Shown: positions 12,285 through 23,902, counted from the first letter of the stretch. The stretch is 64,000 nt of DNA from Opitutia bacterium (GCA_947478395.1 CANJVR010000003.1:160001-224000), one strand, 5' to 3'. The notes: a model not told the origin generated them from the letters alone. A program made the numbers and translations.

Positions 12285-14780
12285 GTGTACACCGCCAACG
12301 AAAAACTCTCCTCGGCCAACATCACCGACATCATGCAGACGGCTTACATCGAATACTCGATGTCGGTCATCATCTCGCGCGCGCTGCCCGACGCCCGCGA
12401 CGGGCTCAAACCCGTCCAACGCCGCGTCCTCTACGCTATGCTCCGCGAGGGTCTGCTCCACAACCGCGCCTTCGACAAATGCGCCGGCGTCGTCGGCGAG
12501 GTGCTCAAAAATTACCATCCGCACGGCGACTCCTCCGTCTACGACACCCTCGTCCGCATGGCGCAACCTTGGGTCATGCGGTACCCGCTCATCGATCCGC
12601 AGGGCAACTTCGGCTCCGTCGACGGCGACCCGCCAGCGGCCTACCGCTACACCGAGGCGCGCCTCAACGCGATCGCCGAGGATCTCCTCAAGGACATCGA
12701 GGAAGACACGGTCGACTTCGTCCCCAACTACAAGGAGTCGACCACCGAGCCGACCGTACTCCCCGCCGCCCTGCCGAATCTGTTGATGAACGGCTCGACC
12801 GGCATCGCCGTCGGCATGACGACGAACATCCCGCCGCATAATCTCGACGAGATCATCGACGCCACGTTCGCGATCATCGACAACCCGCGCATCTCCCTCG
12901 ATGAGCTGTGCGAGATCGTCAAAGGCCCCGACTACCCCACCGGCGGCATCATCTCCGGTCGCGACGGCATCCTTAGCTACCTGAAAACCGGCAAGGGCAT
13001 CGTCCGCACGCGCGGCAAAGCCCACACCGAGGAACTCAAGGGCGGCATGGAGCAGATCGTCATCACCGAGATCCCCTACAACGTTAACCGCAACACCCTC
13101 GTTCTGCGCATCGCCGAACTCGTCGGTGAAAAACAAATCGACGGTATCCGCGACCTCCGCGACGAATCCGACGAAAACACCCGCATCGTCATCGAACTGA
13201 AACGCGGCGAGCAGGCGAAGGTCGTCATCAACCAGCTGTTTCAGAAAACCGCCCTCGAATCCTCCTTCGGTGTCACGCTTCTGGCCCTCGACAAGAAGCG
13301 CCCGAAGCAGATGAACATCAAGGAACTCATCGAGTGCTACATCGAGCACCGCCGTGATGTCGTGACGCGCCGCACGCAGTTCCGCCTCAAGGAGGCCCTC
13401 GACCGCGCCCACATCCTCGAAGGCTACATCATCGCCCTCGATAACCTCGACGACTTCGTCAAAATCATCCGCGCCTCGCAAAATCGCGAGGAAGCCAAGG
13501 TGAAGTTGATGGCGAAGTATCCGCTCTCGGAGCGCCAGACCGACGCCATCCTCGAACTCCGACTCTACCAGCTCACCGGCCTCGAGCGCGGCAAGATCGA
13601 AGCCGAATACGCCGAGCTGATGAAGCTCATCACCGAGCTTCAGGCCATTCTCGATTCGGAAAGCGTCCTGCTCGCCCTGATCAAAAAAGAGCTCGGCGAG
13701 ATGAAGGCTAAATACACGTCGCCCCGCCGCACCGAGATCGTCGGCGCCGCCGGCGATTTCCGGATGGAAGACGTGATTCCTAACGAAGGCTGCGTCATCA
13801 CCGTCTCCCATCTCGGCTTCATCAAACGCACGCGCGTCGCCGACTACCGTTCGCAGAAACGCGGCGGCAAGGGCGTCATCGGGGCCGAGACGTACGACGA
13901 GGATTTCGTCGAGCACCTCTTCACCGCCAGCACGCACGATTACATTCTCTTCGTCACGAGCACCGGCCAGTGCCACGCGAAGAAAGTCTACGATGTCCCC
14001 GAGGGCACCCGCACCTCGAAGGGGAAATCCGTGTCGTCCTTCATTCGGCTCAGCGACGGCGAGAAAATTGCCGCCATGCTGTGCCATAAGGATTTCGCGC
14101 CCGACCGTTACCTCGTGATGGCCACGAAGAGCGGCGTGATCAAAAAGAGCGCGCTCTCCGACTACACCAACGCCACGCGCGAATCCGGACTCATCGGCAT
14201 AAATCTCGCCGAGGGGGACAGCGTCATCGGCACCGTTCTCACAACCGGCAGCGACGAGATCATCCTCGTTTCCCACCAAGGACTCGCCGTGCGCTTTAGA
14301 GAACGCGATGCGAACACGGGCGAAATTCTCTTCCGCGACACGGGCCGCGCCACCGGCGGCGTCACCGGCATGCGCTTCAAGTTACCGAGCGATTACCTCC
14401 AGGCGATCGAAGTCGTGGATCACAACGCGAAATTCCTCGTCGCGAGCGAAGCCGGTCTCGGCGTGCGCACGCGCTTCGAGGATTACCGCCTCATCAACCG
14501 CGGCGGCAGCGGCGTGTGGGCGATCACGTTGCCCGAAGACGGATCGATCAATCTCGCGGGCGCACTCAGCGTGCGCGAAACCGACGAAATCATGCTGCTC
14601 ACCGCAAAGGGCCAAAGCGTGCGTTGCCCGGTCAACACCATCCGCGAAGTCAACCGCGGCGGCAAAGGCGTGCGCCTCGTCACCCTCGAACCAGGCGACA
14701 AATTGCTCAGCGTCGCTCGGATCGTCGAAAGCGCCGAGGAAATCGAAGCCGCCGCCAACCATCCCGAGCCCACCGTCTAA
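12285..14780 (+). CDS. gyrA: DNA gyrase subunit A
   Basis: [32 protein letters not shown], GyrA-box QKRGGKG and C-terminal pinwheel repeats; GTG start. Confidence 0.98.
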   Translation: MYTANEKLSSANITDIMQTAYIEYSMSVIISRALPDARDGLKPVQRRVLYAMLREGLLHNRAFDKCAGVVGEVLKNYHPHGDSSVYDTLVRMAQPWVMRYPLIDPQGNFGSVDGDPPAAYRYTEARLNAIAEDLLKDIEEDTVDFVPNYKESTTEPTVLPAALPNLLMNGSTGIAVGMTTNIPPHNLDEIIDATFAIIDNPRISLDELCEIVKGPDYPTGGIISGRDGILSYLKTGKGIVRTRGKAHTEELKGGMEQIVITEIPYNVNRNTLVLRIAELVGEKQIDGIRDLRDESDENTRIVIELKRGEQAKVVINQLFQKTALESSFGVTLLALDKKRPKQMNIKELIECYIEHRRDVVTRRTQFRLKEALDRAHILEGYIIALDNLDDFVKIIRASQNREEAKVKLMAKYPLSERQTDAILELRLYQLTGLERGKIEAEYAELMKLITELQAILDSESVLLALIKKELGEMKAKYTSPRRTEIVGAAGDFRMEDVIPNEGCVITVSHLGFIKRTRVADYRSQKRGGKGVIGAETYDEDFVEHLFTASTHDYILFVTSTGQCHAKKVYDVPEGTRTSKGKSVSSFIRLSDGEKIAAMLCHKDFAPDRYLVMATKSGVIKKSALSDYTNATRESGLIGINLAEGDSVIGTVLTTGSDEIILVSHQGLAVRFRERDANTGEILFRDTGRATGGVTGMRFKLPSDYLQAIEVVDHNAKFLVASEAGLGVRTRFEDYRLINRGGSGVWAITLPEDGSINLAGALSVRETDEIMLLTAKGQSVRCPVNTIREVNRGGKGVRLVTLEPGDKLLSVARIVESAEEIEAAANHPEPTV

Positions 14781-14782
14781 AA

Positions 14783-14850
14783 ATGTGGAAGGGGGCCCCT
14801 CACCTCGCGTTTGGCTCGTTCCAAAAACGCGGGGTACGGGGGCCCACATT
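14783..14850. repeat. Palindromic intergenic element (second type) directly after gyrA
   Basis: ATGTGG..GGGCCCC..CCTCGCGTTT-loop-AAACGCGGGG..GGGGCCC-ACAT imperfect inverted repeat. Confidence 0.55.
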
Positions 14851-14910
14851 CGGCTGCCGCGTGGTTGTAAAACGCCGGAGCCGTTTACGTTTTTCCGTCG
14901 CCGCTTTCAC

Positions 14911-14981
14911 GGCGCGGCCGACCTCTCTGCCTGCCGGATTCGGCCGCCTCGTTTCAGACCGGCCGGGATGCCGGCCGCTAC
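14911..14981. repeat. REP/REPIN-like element, copy 2 (degenerate)
   Basis: GCGGCCGACCTCTCTGCCTGCCGG...CCGGCCGGGATGCCGGCCGCTAC with the same 3' tail as copies 1 and 4. Confidence 0.75.
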
Positions 14982-15014
14982 GTTGTTAGCAGCTTCGCTT
15001 CGGATTACACCGCC

Positions 15015-16319
<1,305 letters not shown>

Positions 16320-16867
16320 GCGTGCACCGTCTCAGGCGGGAGGCGCGTGGGCAAATCCGTAAGCGCGTTCCGCCTTGGCAATCCGCCCCTAGCAATGCTC
16401 GTTCCACGTTTTGTAACCGGCGCGTCGGGCGCCGAGCCGTTCCAGCGCGCTCTTGATCCAGACGACCATCAATAGCGGGGGCGGGCTAAACTTTGGTCGG
16501 GCAACAACGGCGGCGGCTGCACAGTGGCCACGAAGGATTTCAATCCCACACGCAACCTGACCAAGCAGCCGGCGAGATTGGCGACGTCGCACGGGACGAT
16601 ACCGTGAAGCAAAAACGGGAGCAGAAAGTTTTACGGCGCCGAGCCTAGCGGATGACCCAACGCCTGCGCTGGGTTTCGGCAGCAGCGGGTGCGCTCGCGG
16701 AACGAACACCGCTGAAAAATCTAACGGAAAGCGGTCTTGTGCGACCGCGCTGAAAACAACCCGCCGATGAATTCCACGATATTCTCCCGACCGAGCCTTG
16801 GCACCGTTCCATAAAATGTGTTGGGCTATCGCTGCCCCGAACGGTTTCTGGTTCGGAAAAATTTCCC

Positions 16868-17827
16868 ATGTCACCCCATGTCGTAGTCGTCGGCAGTTTT
16901 GTGCAGGATCTTTCCTGGAAATGCGCCGCGTTCCCCAGCGCGGGCGAGACCGTGCTCGGCACCTTCGCCACCGGACCCGGCGGGAAAGGCTCCAATCAGG
17001 CCATCGCCGCGGGTCGGACCGGCGTGCCAACGCTTTTTGTGGGCGCCGTGGGCACTGACACCTTTGCGGCCGACGCTAAAAAATTCTACGCCAACGAAGG
17101 CATCGCGGCGCATTTGGTTAAAAAATCCGGCCACGCGACTGGCACCGCCGCTGTTCTGGTCAACGCCACGGGCCAGAACGAAATCGTGGTCGCGCTCGGC
17201 GCGAACTCGGCCCTCCGACCGAAGGACGTGCCCGCGACCGCAATCCGCCGCGCAAAAGTCGTGGTCACCCAGCACGAGACCGATCTGCGCACGGTCGCGG
17301 CCGTTTTGAAAATGGCGCGCGCGGCCGGAGCCATCACCGTGCACAACCCGGCGCCCATGCGCCCCGATTTCGCGCCCGCCTTGCTGCGGCAGGTCGACGT
17401 GTTAATTCCAAACGAGACCGAGTTTGCCGCGCTCGTGAATCTGCCCGCGCTCAAATTCACGGGGGCGATCAAAGCCAAACCGTTTACCGTCGACGCGCTG
17501 CATGCCCTTCCACCTGACAAGCTGCATGCTCTTTGCCGAGAGCTCAAAGTTCCGACCGTGATCGTCACACTCGGCGCCAAAGGAGTTTTCGTTTCCGAAT
17601 CCTCCGGTCATAGCTTCATCGCCGCTCACAAAGTTAAAGCGGTGGACACCACCGGCGCGGGCGACGCGTTTTGCGGTGGTTTCGCGGCGGGCTTAGTCAA
17701 ATTCTCGGGCGACATCCTCGCGGCCGCACGTTTAGGCAACGCCGTGGCCGCGCTCTCCGTGACAAAACTCGGGACCGCTCCTTCGATGCCGACGGCGCGT
17801 GAAATAGCCGAGTTCCTCAAGAGGTAG
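16868..17827 (+). CDS. rbsK: Ribokinase (PfkB family)
   Basis: PGGKGSNQAIAA, NPAP, PNETE, VDTTGAGDAF. Confidence 0.92.
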   Translation: MSPHVVVVGSFVQDLSWKCAAFPSAGETVLGTFATGPGGKGSNQAIAAGRTGVPTLFVGAVGTDTFAADAKKFYANEGIAAHLVKKSGHATGTAAVLVNATGQNEIVVALGANSALRPKDVPATAIRRAKVVVTQHETDLRTVAAVLKMARAAGAITVHNPAPMRPDFAPALLRQVDVLIPNETEFAALVNLPALKFTGAIKAKPFTVDALHALPPDKLHALCRELKVPTVIVTLGAKGVFVSESSGHSFIAAHKVKAVDTTGAGDAFCGGFAAGLVKFSGDILAAARLGNAVAALSVTKLGTAPSMPTAREIAEFLKR

Positions 17828-17893
17828 CGGCGGGCGTCCCTGCCTGCCGAAACAAGGATGCCGAATCCGGCAGGCAGGGACGCCTGCCGCTAC
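17824..17893. repeat. REP/REPIN-like element, copy 3 (inverted orientation; supplies the rbsK stop codon)
   Basis: GTAGCGGCGGGCGTCCCTGCCTGCCG...CGGCAGGCAGGGACGCCTGCCGCTAC; its TAG (17825-17827) terminates rbsK. Confidence 0.9.
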
Positions 17894-17968
17894 ACAAAAC
17901 GGCCGCGGAAAAACTTGAGCTGCTCTAGGTGCCTTTTGAGAGGTCGGGCAGGCTCTTGTCTTCTGCCC

Positions 17969-18835
17969 TCACGCCCCGATCGGGTGCCAGGTCGTTTTGA
18001 ATTCGAGCGTACGACGAATCGCTTCGAGGTTTTGCTCCGATTCAGCCAGCCAATCCGGCGGCGTTTCCGCTTTGATGAGATGGGTCCGCTTCACACTGTC
18101 GGCTGCACCCAACGCGAGCGTCTGCCGCTCATCGGCATTCACGACTCCCACGACCGCCCGCAAGTGCGTGTGCGTGGCGAAGGTCGGAATCATTTCCTTG
18201 TGATAGCCGGTGAGCAAATTCACCACCCCGCCTGGGAGATCGCTGGTCGCGAGCATTTCACCAAGGAGAATCGCCGGGTAAGGCTGGGCGGTCGAGGCGA
18301 GCGCGACCACCGTGTTGCCGCTCGTAATCGCAGGGGCAAAAAGCGAGACGAGCCCGAGCAAAGGCGCGCTCTCCGGCGCGATCACGCCCACGATGCCCAT
18401 CGGCTCTGTGACCGTGAAATTAAAATACGGCGCGGCCACCGGATTAACATTGCCCAACACTTGCTCATACTTGTCCGTCCAGCCCGCGTAGTAAATTAAT
18501 CGGTCAACCGTCGCCTCCACTTCGCGAGCTGCCGCCGCTTTCGTCGCACCGCCGAGCCGGATCGCTTCCGCCATTTCGCCGGCGCGGGCCTCGATCATTT
18601 CACCGAGACGATAAAGAATCTGCCCGCGGTTGTACGCCGTGCGCTTGGCCCAGCCCGGGCCGGCCTTCGCCGCGGCTTCGACGGCGTTGCGCAAATCCTT
18701 GCGCGTGCACTGCGGAATGTTGGCGAAGAAATCACCGGCCGCGTCCTTGAGCGGGAACACCCGCGCGCTTTCGGAACGGATGAATGCTCCGCCGACGTAA
18801 ACCTTGGGCGTTTTGGTAATAGGGAGACGCGACAT
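17969..18835 (-). CDS. Aldehyde dehydrogenase-like small subunit (Rossmann domain only, no catalytic domain)
   Basis: ALDH N-terminal motifs (YYAGW, EPMGIVGV, GNTVV, LPGGVVN) but no ELGGK or catalytic-Cys region; 288 aa. Confidence 0.85.
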   Translation of the reverse strand: MSRLPITKTPKVYVGGAFIRSESARVFPLKDAAGDFFANIPQCTRKDLRNAVEAAAKAGPGWAKRTAYNRGQILYRLGEMIEARAGEMAEAIRLGGATKAAAAREVEATVDRLIYYAGWTDKYEQVLGNVNPVAAPYFNFTVTEPMGIVGVIAPESAPLLGLVSLFAPAITSGNTVVALASTAQPYPAILLGEMLATSDLPGGVVNLLTGYHKEMIPTFATHTHLRAVVGVVNADERQTLALGAADSVKRTHLIKAETPPDWLAESEQNLEAIRRTLEFKTTWHPIGA

Positions 18836-18943
18836 GGATTTAATTTTTAACTGCGAAGAATCAATGCAACCAACCGATCACGGCCGGCCTCGATTGTTTG
18901 ATCCTTAGTTTCTTGGTAGTTTTTCAACGTCAGCTTTCGGCGG

Positions 18944-20452
18944 TCAGACGAGTTTGCAGTAGTCCAGCAGACCCTGGCGCCCGCCTTCGCGGCCGAAACC
19001 GCTTTCCTTGTAGCCGCCGAAGGGCGAGGTCGGATCGAATTTATTGTAGGTGTTCGCCCAGACGACGCCGGCCTTGAGCTCGGTCGACATCTTCAAAATC
19101 CGCGAGCCCTTATCCGTCCACACTCCGGCACTGAGCCCGTACGCGGTGTTGTTGGCCTTCTCGATCGCCTCGTCGACCGTGCGGAAGGTCAGGATGCTCA
19201 ATACCGGTCCGAAAATTTCCTCGCGCGCGATGCGATGACTCATGCTCACGCCGCTAAATAGCGTGGGACGGAAATAAAAACCTTTCGTCGGCAGGCGACA
19301 CGGCGCCTGAAACATTTCCGCGCCTTCCTTCACTCCCGCATCCACCAGCTCCCGGATTTTTTCGAGCTGCTCGCGTGAATTGATTGCACCGACATCCGTG
19401 TTCTTGTCGATCGGATCGCCCACGCGCAGTACCCGCAGGCGATTTTTCAACTTGGCCAGCACGGCGTCGGCCACGCCCTCCTGCACCAACAATCGCGAGC
19501 CCGCGCAGCACACGTGGCCTTGGTTGAAGAAAATCCCATTGACGATGCCTTCAACGGCCTGGTCGAGCGGGGCATCGTCGAAGACGATGTTCGCGGCCTT
19601 GCCGCCGAGTTCCATCGTCATCTTTTTGTCCGAGCCCGCGAGCGAACGCATGATGATCTTACCGACCTCCGTCGAACCCGTGAAAGCGACTTTTACCGGC
19701 GTCGGATGATTCATCACCGCGGCGCCGACCTCACCAGCGCCCGTCACGAAATTCACGACCCCCGGCGGCAAACCGGCGTCCTGAAAAATCTCCGCGAGCT
19801 TGAGCGCCGTGATCGATGTCGTCTCGGCGGGCTTGAGCACGACCGTGTTGCCCATCGCCAGCGCGGGCGCGAGTTTCCAGGCACACATCAAAAGCGGAAA
19901 ATTCCACGGGATGACTTGGCCGACAACGCCGAGCGGCGTGACGCGACGGCCGGGCGCGACGTAGTCAAGTTTGTCCGCCCAGCCCGCGTGATAGAAAAAA
20001 TGCGCCGCCGCCATCGGCACGTCGAAATCGCGCGACTCTTTGATTGGCTTGCCGCCATCGAGCGTCTCGGCGACGGCGAATTCGCGGGCGCGATCCTGCA
20101 ACAGCCGCGCAACACGGTAGAGATATTTTGCCCGTTCCCGCCCCGGCATTTTGCCCCAGGTTGTGTTGTACGCGCGCTGCGCCGCAGCGTAGGCGAGATC
20201 GACATCGACCGGCCCGGCGAGCGCGATCGCGGTGAGCTTTTGCTCATTCGCAGGATTGATGGAGTCGAAATACTTGCCCGATTTCGGCGCGACAAATTGC
20301 CCGTCGATAAACAGCTCGTACCGGGACTTCAGCTTCGGGTCGGCCGTCTCAGGCGCGGGATCGAACGCCCACAGGTCGCCAAAAATCAATTCCGGCGCGG
20401 GGCGGCCTAGACGGGCGGCGGGCTTTTTTTTAACAGCGGTCAAAGTGGGCAT
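18944..20452 (-). CDS. Aldehyde dehydrogenase (probable acetaldehyde dehydrogenase)
   Basis: PWNFP, FTGSTEVG, MELGGK, NQGHVCCAGSR, EEIFGPV, FGGYKESG. Confidence 0.95.
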   Translation of the reverse strand: MPTLTAVKKKPAARLGRPAPELIFGDLWAFDPAPETADPKLKSRYELFIDGQFVAPKSGKYFDSINPANEQKLTAIALAGPVDVDLAYAAAQRAYNTTWGKMPGRERAKYLYRVARLLQDRAREFAVAETLDGGKPIKESRDFDVPMAAAHFFYHAGWADKLDYVAPGRRVTPLGVVGQVIPWNFPLLMCAWKLAPALAMGNTVVLKPAETTSITALKLAEIFQDAGLPPGVVNFVTGAGEVGAAVMNHPTPVKVAFTGSTEVGKIIMRSLAGSDKKMTMELGGKAANIVFDDAPLDQAVEGIVNGIFFNQGHVCCAGSRLLVQEGVADAVLAKLKNRLRVLRVGDPIDKNTDVGAINSREQLEKIRELVDAGVKEGAEMFQAPCRLPTKGFYFRPTLFSGVSMSHRIAREEIFGPVLSILTFRTVDEAIEKANNTAYGLSAGVWTDKGSRILKMSTELKAGVVWANTYNKFDPTSPFGGYKESGFGREGGRQGLLDYCKLV

Positions 20453-20466
20453 GGAGGATTTTTTTT

Positions 20467-20547
20467 GGAACGCTAATTGGCGCTAATCTTCGCTAATCTA
20501 AATTCAGGTTCGGAACATTAGCGTCAATAAGCGCAGATTAGCGTTCC
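20467..20547. repeat. Periodic palindromic element: 3x CGCTAAT followed by 3x inverted ATTAGCG
   Basis: CGCTAAT at 20471, 20481 and 20491; ATTAGCG/ATAAGCG/ATTAGCG at 20517, 20527 and 20537. Confidence 0.85.
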
Positions 20548-20552
20548 CTTTT

Positions 20553-21494
20553 TCAGTAACTCTCGGCGGCTTCGCTGAAATAATACGGCGCCTGATACGC
20601 CCCGGTTTTTTCTTTTTCGATCTGGCGCAGCAAATCGTTAAGCACAGAGCTCGCGCCGAAACGGTAGCGGGTGTTGTTCAGCCACGCATCGCCGAGCGTT
20701 TCCTTCACCGCCACGAGAAACGTCAGCGCCTGCTTCGCCGTGCGAATGCCGCCGGCCGGCTTCATCGCGATGGCCACGCCGGTATCCAGGTAATAGTCGC
20801 GGATCGCCTCCAGCATCACCTGGTTGTTACCGAGCGTCGCGTTGAGCGTGGTTTTGCCCGTGCTGGTCTTGATAAAATCGCCCGGACGAATCACCCGCAT
20901 CGCGAGAAACGACGCGGCGCGGATCGAATCGTAGGTTTCTAATTCAATCACTTCGAGGATGACCTTGAGCGTCGCGGCGCCACACGCTTCGACGACCGCG
21001 GCGATTTCGTCCTGCACGCGGGCGAATTCTCCAGCCAGAAATGCTCCGCGGTTAATCACCATGTCGATCTCGTCCGCGCCGTCCTTCACGGCCGCGCGTA
21101 CTTCCGCCAAGCGCGTCGACAACGGCGCCTGCCCGCTGGGAAAAGCCGTCGCGACCGACGCGATCCGCACCGAAGACTTCGCGCCCAGCGTGCGACGCGC
21201 GTGCCGCACCATCGCGGAATAAACGCAGACCGCTGCGGTGCTCGGGACGGCCGAATCTTCGGAGGGGCGCAGCGCTTTTTGACAGAGCGAGGCGACCTTG
21301 CCCGGCGTGTCTTTGCCCTCGAGCGTGGTGAGGTCGACCATGGAAACCGCGGTCTTCAGACCCCAAAGTTTTGATGCTTTCTTGATCGAGCGGGTACCGT
21401 ATTTGGCGACGCGTTCCTCGATACCGACGTGATCGACGGACCCGATTTCATCGAAGAGCCGCCGAAATGCAGCCTGCGGAAGACGTGCCAACAT
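20553..21494 (-). CDS. deoC: Deoxyribose-phosphate aldolase
   Basis: DLTTLEG.DT, AAVCVY, FPSGQ, GADEIDMVI, LKVILE, DFIKTSTGK, KPAGGIRT, RFGASS; start set to ATG 21494. Confidence 0.96.
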   Translation of the reverse strand: MLARLPQAAFRRLFDEIGSVDHVGIEERVAKYGTRSIKKASKLWGLKTAVSMVDLTTLEGKDTPGKVASLCQKALRPSEDSAVPSTAAVCVYSAMVRHARRTLGAKSSVRIASVATAFPSGQAPLSTRLAEVRAAVKDGADEIDMVINRGAFLAGEFARVQDEIAAVVEACGAATLKVILEVIELETYDSIRAASFLAMRVIRPGDFIKTSTGKTTLNATLGNNQVMLEAIRDYYLDTGVAIAMKPAGGIRTAKQALTFLVAVKETLGDAWLNNTRYRFGASSVLNDLLRQIEKEKTGAYQAPYYFSEAAESY

Positions 21495-21741
21495 CCGCCG
21501 AATATCCGCATGCCGGCGGTTGAAGCCAAACGAAATTTCGCCAACGAGTCGTGCGTTAGCCGCCGGCTCCATTGAGCGCGGAGATGTTTTCCTGGATCGG
21601 AGTTGTCGCTCGGAACGCAGTGCCGAAACGATTTGAGCGGAGTGCGGGTGCCGCCGCACAATTATTGGCTCCGCCCAAAGCGAAAGCCCGGCTTGCTCCG
21701 GGGTTCGCCCAGCGCTTGGTTCTCAGCTAACCCCCTCCCTG

Positions 21742-22206
21742 ATGAAAAAAATCCTGTTCCGCCTTCTACCCCTCCTCGCGCTCGCATTCGTGTCGCTCCA
21801 TGCCGCCGAGGATAAGTCCATCGCCGGCGCCCGCGCCGCCGACGACGAGCGTCTCCTCGCCACCAAAGCGGCGGATCGCGCCCGGCTGGACGCGATTTTT
21901 TCCGACCAGCTTCACTACGCGCACTCCAGCGGCGTGGTCGACACGAAGGTCTCGTACATGCAATCGCTGCTGACCAAGTCCACGGTTTACGAGTCGTTCG
22001 ATTACAAGGAGCGCAATTTCACCGTCGCTGGACCGGGCGTAGTAATCATGACCGGCCGCGTTCTTATCAAAGCCACGAGCAACGGAGCCCGCGCTGATAA
22101 CGACCTCAACATCCTCGCCGTCTGGCGCGAAGAAAACGGCCAATGGCGTTTCCTTGCCTGGCAGTCCTGCAAAAATCCGCCCGCCGCTGCGCCAGCCGGA
22201 AAATAA
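21742..22206 (+). CDS. Secreted NTF2-like (DUF4440) protein
   Basis: Signal peptide; L.Y.HSSG.VDTK; VW.EENGQWRFLAWQS. Confidence 0.85.
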   Translation: MKKILFRLLPLLALAFVSLHAAEDKSIAGARAADDERLLATKAADRARLDAIFSDQLHYAHSSGVVDTKVSYMQSLLTKSTVYESFDYKERNFTVAGPGVVIMTGRVLIKATSNGARADNDLNILAVWREENGQWRFLAWQSCKNPPAAAPAGK

Positions 22207-22214
22207 ACGTTAGC

Positions 22215-22346
22215 GCGGTTTAAGATTTTTCGAAGCCGTCTTGGGTCGCGGCAGGCGTCCCTGCCTGCCGGGGTCGGCGCACTCGCTTCGGCAGGCCGGG
22301 ACGCCCGCCGCTACGTCGTTCGCGGGAACCCGTTTCGTTAAACCGC
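22215..22346. mobile_element. MITE-like unit with 9-bp terminal inverted repeats enclosing REP copy 4 (22245-22314)
   Basis: GCGGTTTAA (22215) ... TTAAACCGC (22338-22346) flank the 70-bp palindrome; homologous flanks around copy 2 and a homologous right tail at copy 1. Confidence 0.6.
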
Positions 22347-22435
22347 TCCAGCGGCCGAGCGCATCGACCACGATTGGCTCGCCGTTTACAGACCCCTGCG
22401 TTTCCTCGCTTTATCTGCCGGATTTCTCGAGGGAA

Positions 22436-22454
22436 TGTCACTTAATAGGTGACA
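22436..22454. promoter_or_regulatory. 19-bp palindrome TGTCAC-N7-GTGACA of unknown function
   Basis: TGTCACTTAATAGGTGACA between convergent genes. Confidence 0.5.
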
Positions 22455-22495
22455 TGTTCGCGCGCGTTTTCGCGGGCGGCGCGAACGGCCGTGAT

Positions 22496-23902
22496 TTACC
22501 GCGCGGGTATTTTCCAGTAGGCGTTATCGATGTGCGCCGTGCGCATCAGGTCGGCGATTCGCGCCACCACCTCCGGATGTTTCGCGGCGATATCGTGCTG
22601 CTCGGCCAAATCGTGATCCAAATCGAAGAGCTGCAGCGGTGCTGAAGTTGTTTTCAAGCGAAGTCCTTTCCAATGGCCTTCAAGCAAGACCGCCTGACTC
22701 ACGCCTTCCTCGTAGAACTCCCAATAAAGAAAGTCGTGTTTCGGCTGCGGGCCTCGATCCAGCAGCGTTGGCGCGAGACTGATACTGTCGAGTGACGCCG
22801 GCACTTTCCCTCCACCGATTTCGGCTAACGTCGCCATCATGTCACCAAAGTAGCCGACGTGATTTGAAACGGTCCCCGGCTTGATCTGGCCGGGCCAGCG
22901 GGCGATGAAAGGAATCCGGATGCCACCTTCGGTCAGCGCGCGCTTCATGCCCGTTAGCGGACCGCAGACTTCGAAAAACTTGGGATCATAGCCTGGCCCG
23001 GCTTCCTCGTGCGGGCCATTATCGCTCGCGAAAAGCACCAGCGTGTTTTCGTCGAGCCCGCGGCGCTTCAGATCCGCGAGCAGTTCTCCGATCTGCGCGT
23101 CCAGCCGCGTGATCATCGCCGCGTGAGCCTTGTGCGTGTCAGTCCACGGCCGGTCGGCATACGGGCCGAAGTCCGGCACTTCGTTGCCATCGCCGAGCGC
23201 CTTGGCGCGCTCGTTATTCGCGTGCGGCGCGATCACGGAGAGATAAAGCAGAAACGGGCGCGCGGCATTATCCGCGATAAATTTATGGGCCTCGGCCGCA
23301 AACAAATCGCCAGCGTACGCCAGGCGCTTCGTCGCATAACCGGTGCCTTCGACCGCGCCCAGATGCACGAGATCGTTGGGCAACGGCACCTTCACGCCGT
23401 CGCGCCAGAGGTGATCTGGAAAATGATTGTGCGCCTGCGTCTGGCTGAGAAATCCGAAATACGAGTCGAAACCCTGCTTGCGCGGCTCGCCGGGCTCGTC
23501 GACCAGACCGAGACCCCATTTGCCGATGAGCCCGGTTCGATAGCCCGCTTGCTGCAGAACGCGCGCGAATGTGACGTCGCCGCTCATGAGGGTTTGCGCC
23601 GCGGTATTTTGCGGGCCCGCGTTGCCTCGCACGCGCGTGTGGCCGGTGTGCAGGCCCGTGAGCAACACACTGCGCGACGGAGCGCAGACCGTGTTGCCGG
23701 CGTAGAACTGCGTGAAGCGCATCCCTTCCGCCGCCATGCGATCGAGCACCGGTGTTTTTATCAACTTCTGTCCGTACGAGCCGAGTTCGCCGTAACCCAA
23801 ATCGTCCGCGAGGATGAGAATGATGTTAGGTTTTGATTCCGCGCCGAATGCCGCACCGGCGAACAACCCGAGCAACGCTCCCGCAAATTTTCCGAGTTTC
23901 AT
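22496..23902 (-). CDS. Arylsulfatase (S1 family, Cys-type)
   Basis: PNIILILADDLGYG, CAPSRSVLLTG, GKWGLG, SDNG, EGGIRIP; signal peptide. Confidence 0.95.
   Translation of the reverse strand: MKLGKFAGALLGLFAGAAFGAESKPNIILILADDLGYGELGSYGQKLIKTPVLDRMAAEGMRFTQFYAGNTVCAPSRSVLLTGLHTGHTRVRGNAGPQNTAAQTLMSGDVTFARVLQQAGYRTGLIGKWGLGLVDEPGEPRKQGFDSYFGFLSQTQAHNHFPDHLWRDGVKVPLPNDLVHLGAVEGTGYATKRLAYAGDLFAAEAHKFIADNAARPFLLYLSVIAPHANNERAKALGDGNEVPDFGPYADRPWTDTHKAHAAMITRLDAQIGELLADLKRRGLDENTLVLFASDNGPHEEAGPGYDPKFFEVCGPLTGMKRALTEGGIRIPFIARWPGQIKPGTVSNHVGYFGDMMATLAEIGGGKVPASLDSISLAPTLLDRGPQPKHDFLYWEFYEEGVSQAVLLEGHWKGLRLKTTSAPLQLFDLDHDLAEQHDIAAKHPEVVARIADLMRTAHIDNAYWKIPAR

Noticed and set aside
12036..14279. Long antisense ORFs (also 9686-11365, 6209-7573, 28529-30133, 33201-35066)
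   Set aside because: Shadow frames of GC-rich, strongly codon-biased genes on the opposite strand, with no recognisable motifs
16389..16860. Possible gene or sRNA in the pdp-rbsK divergent gap
   Set aside because: The ORFs lack motifs and host-like codon bias and no convincing RNA structure was seen; left unannotated
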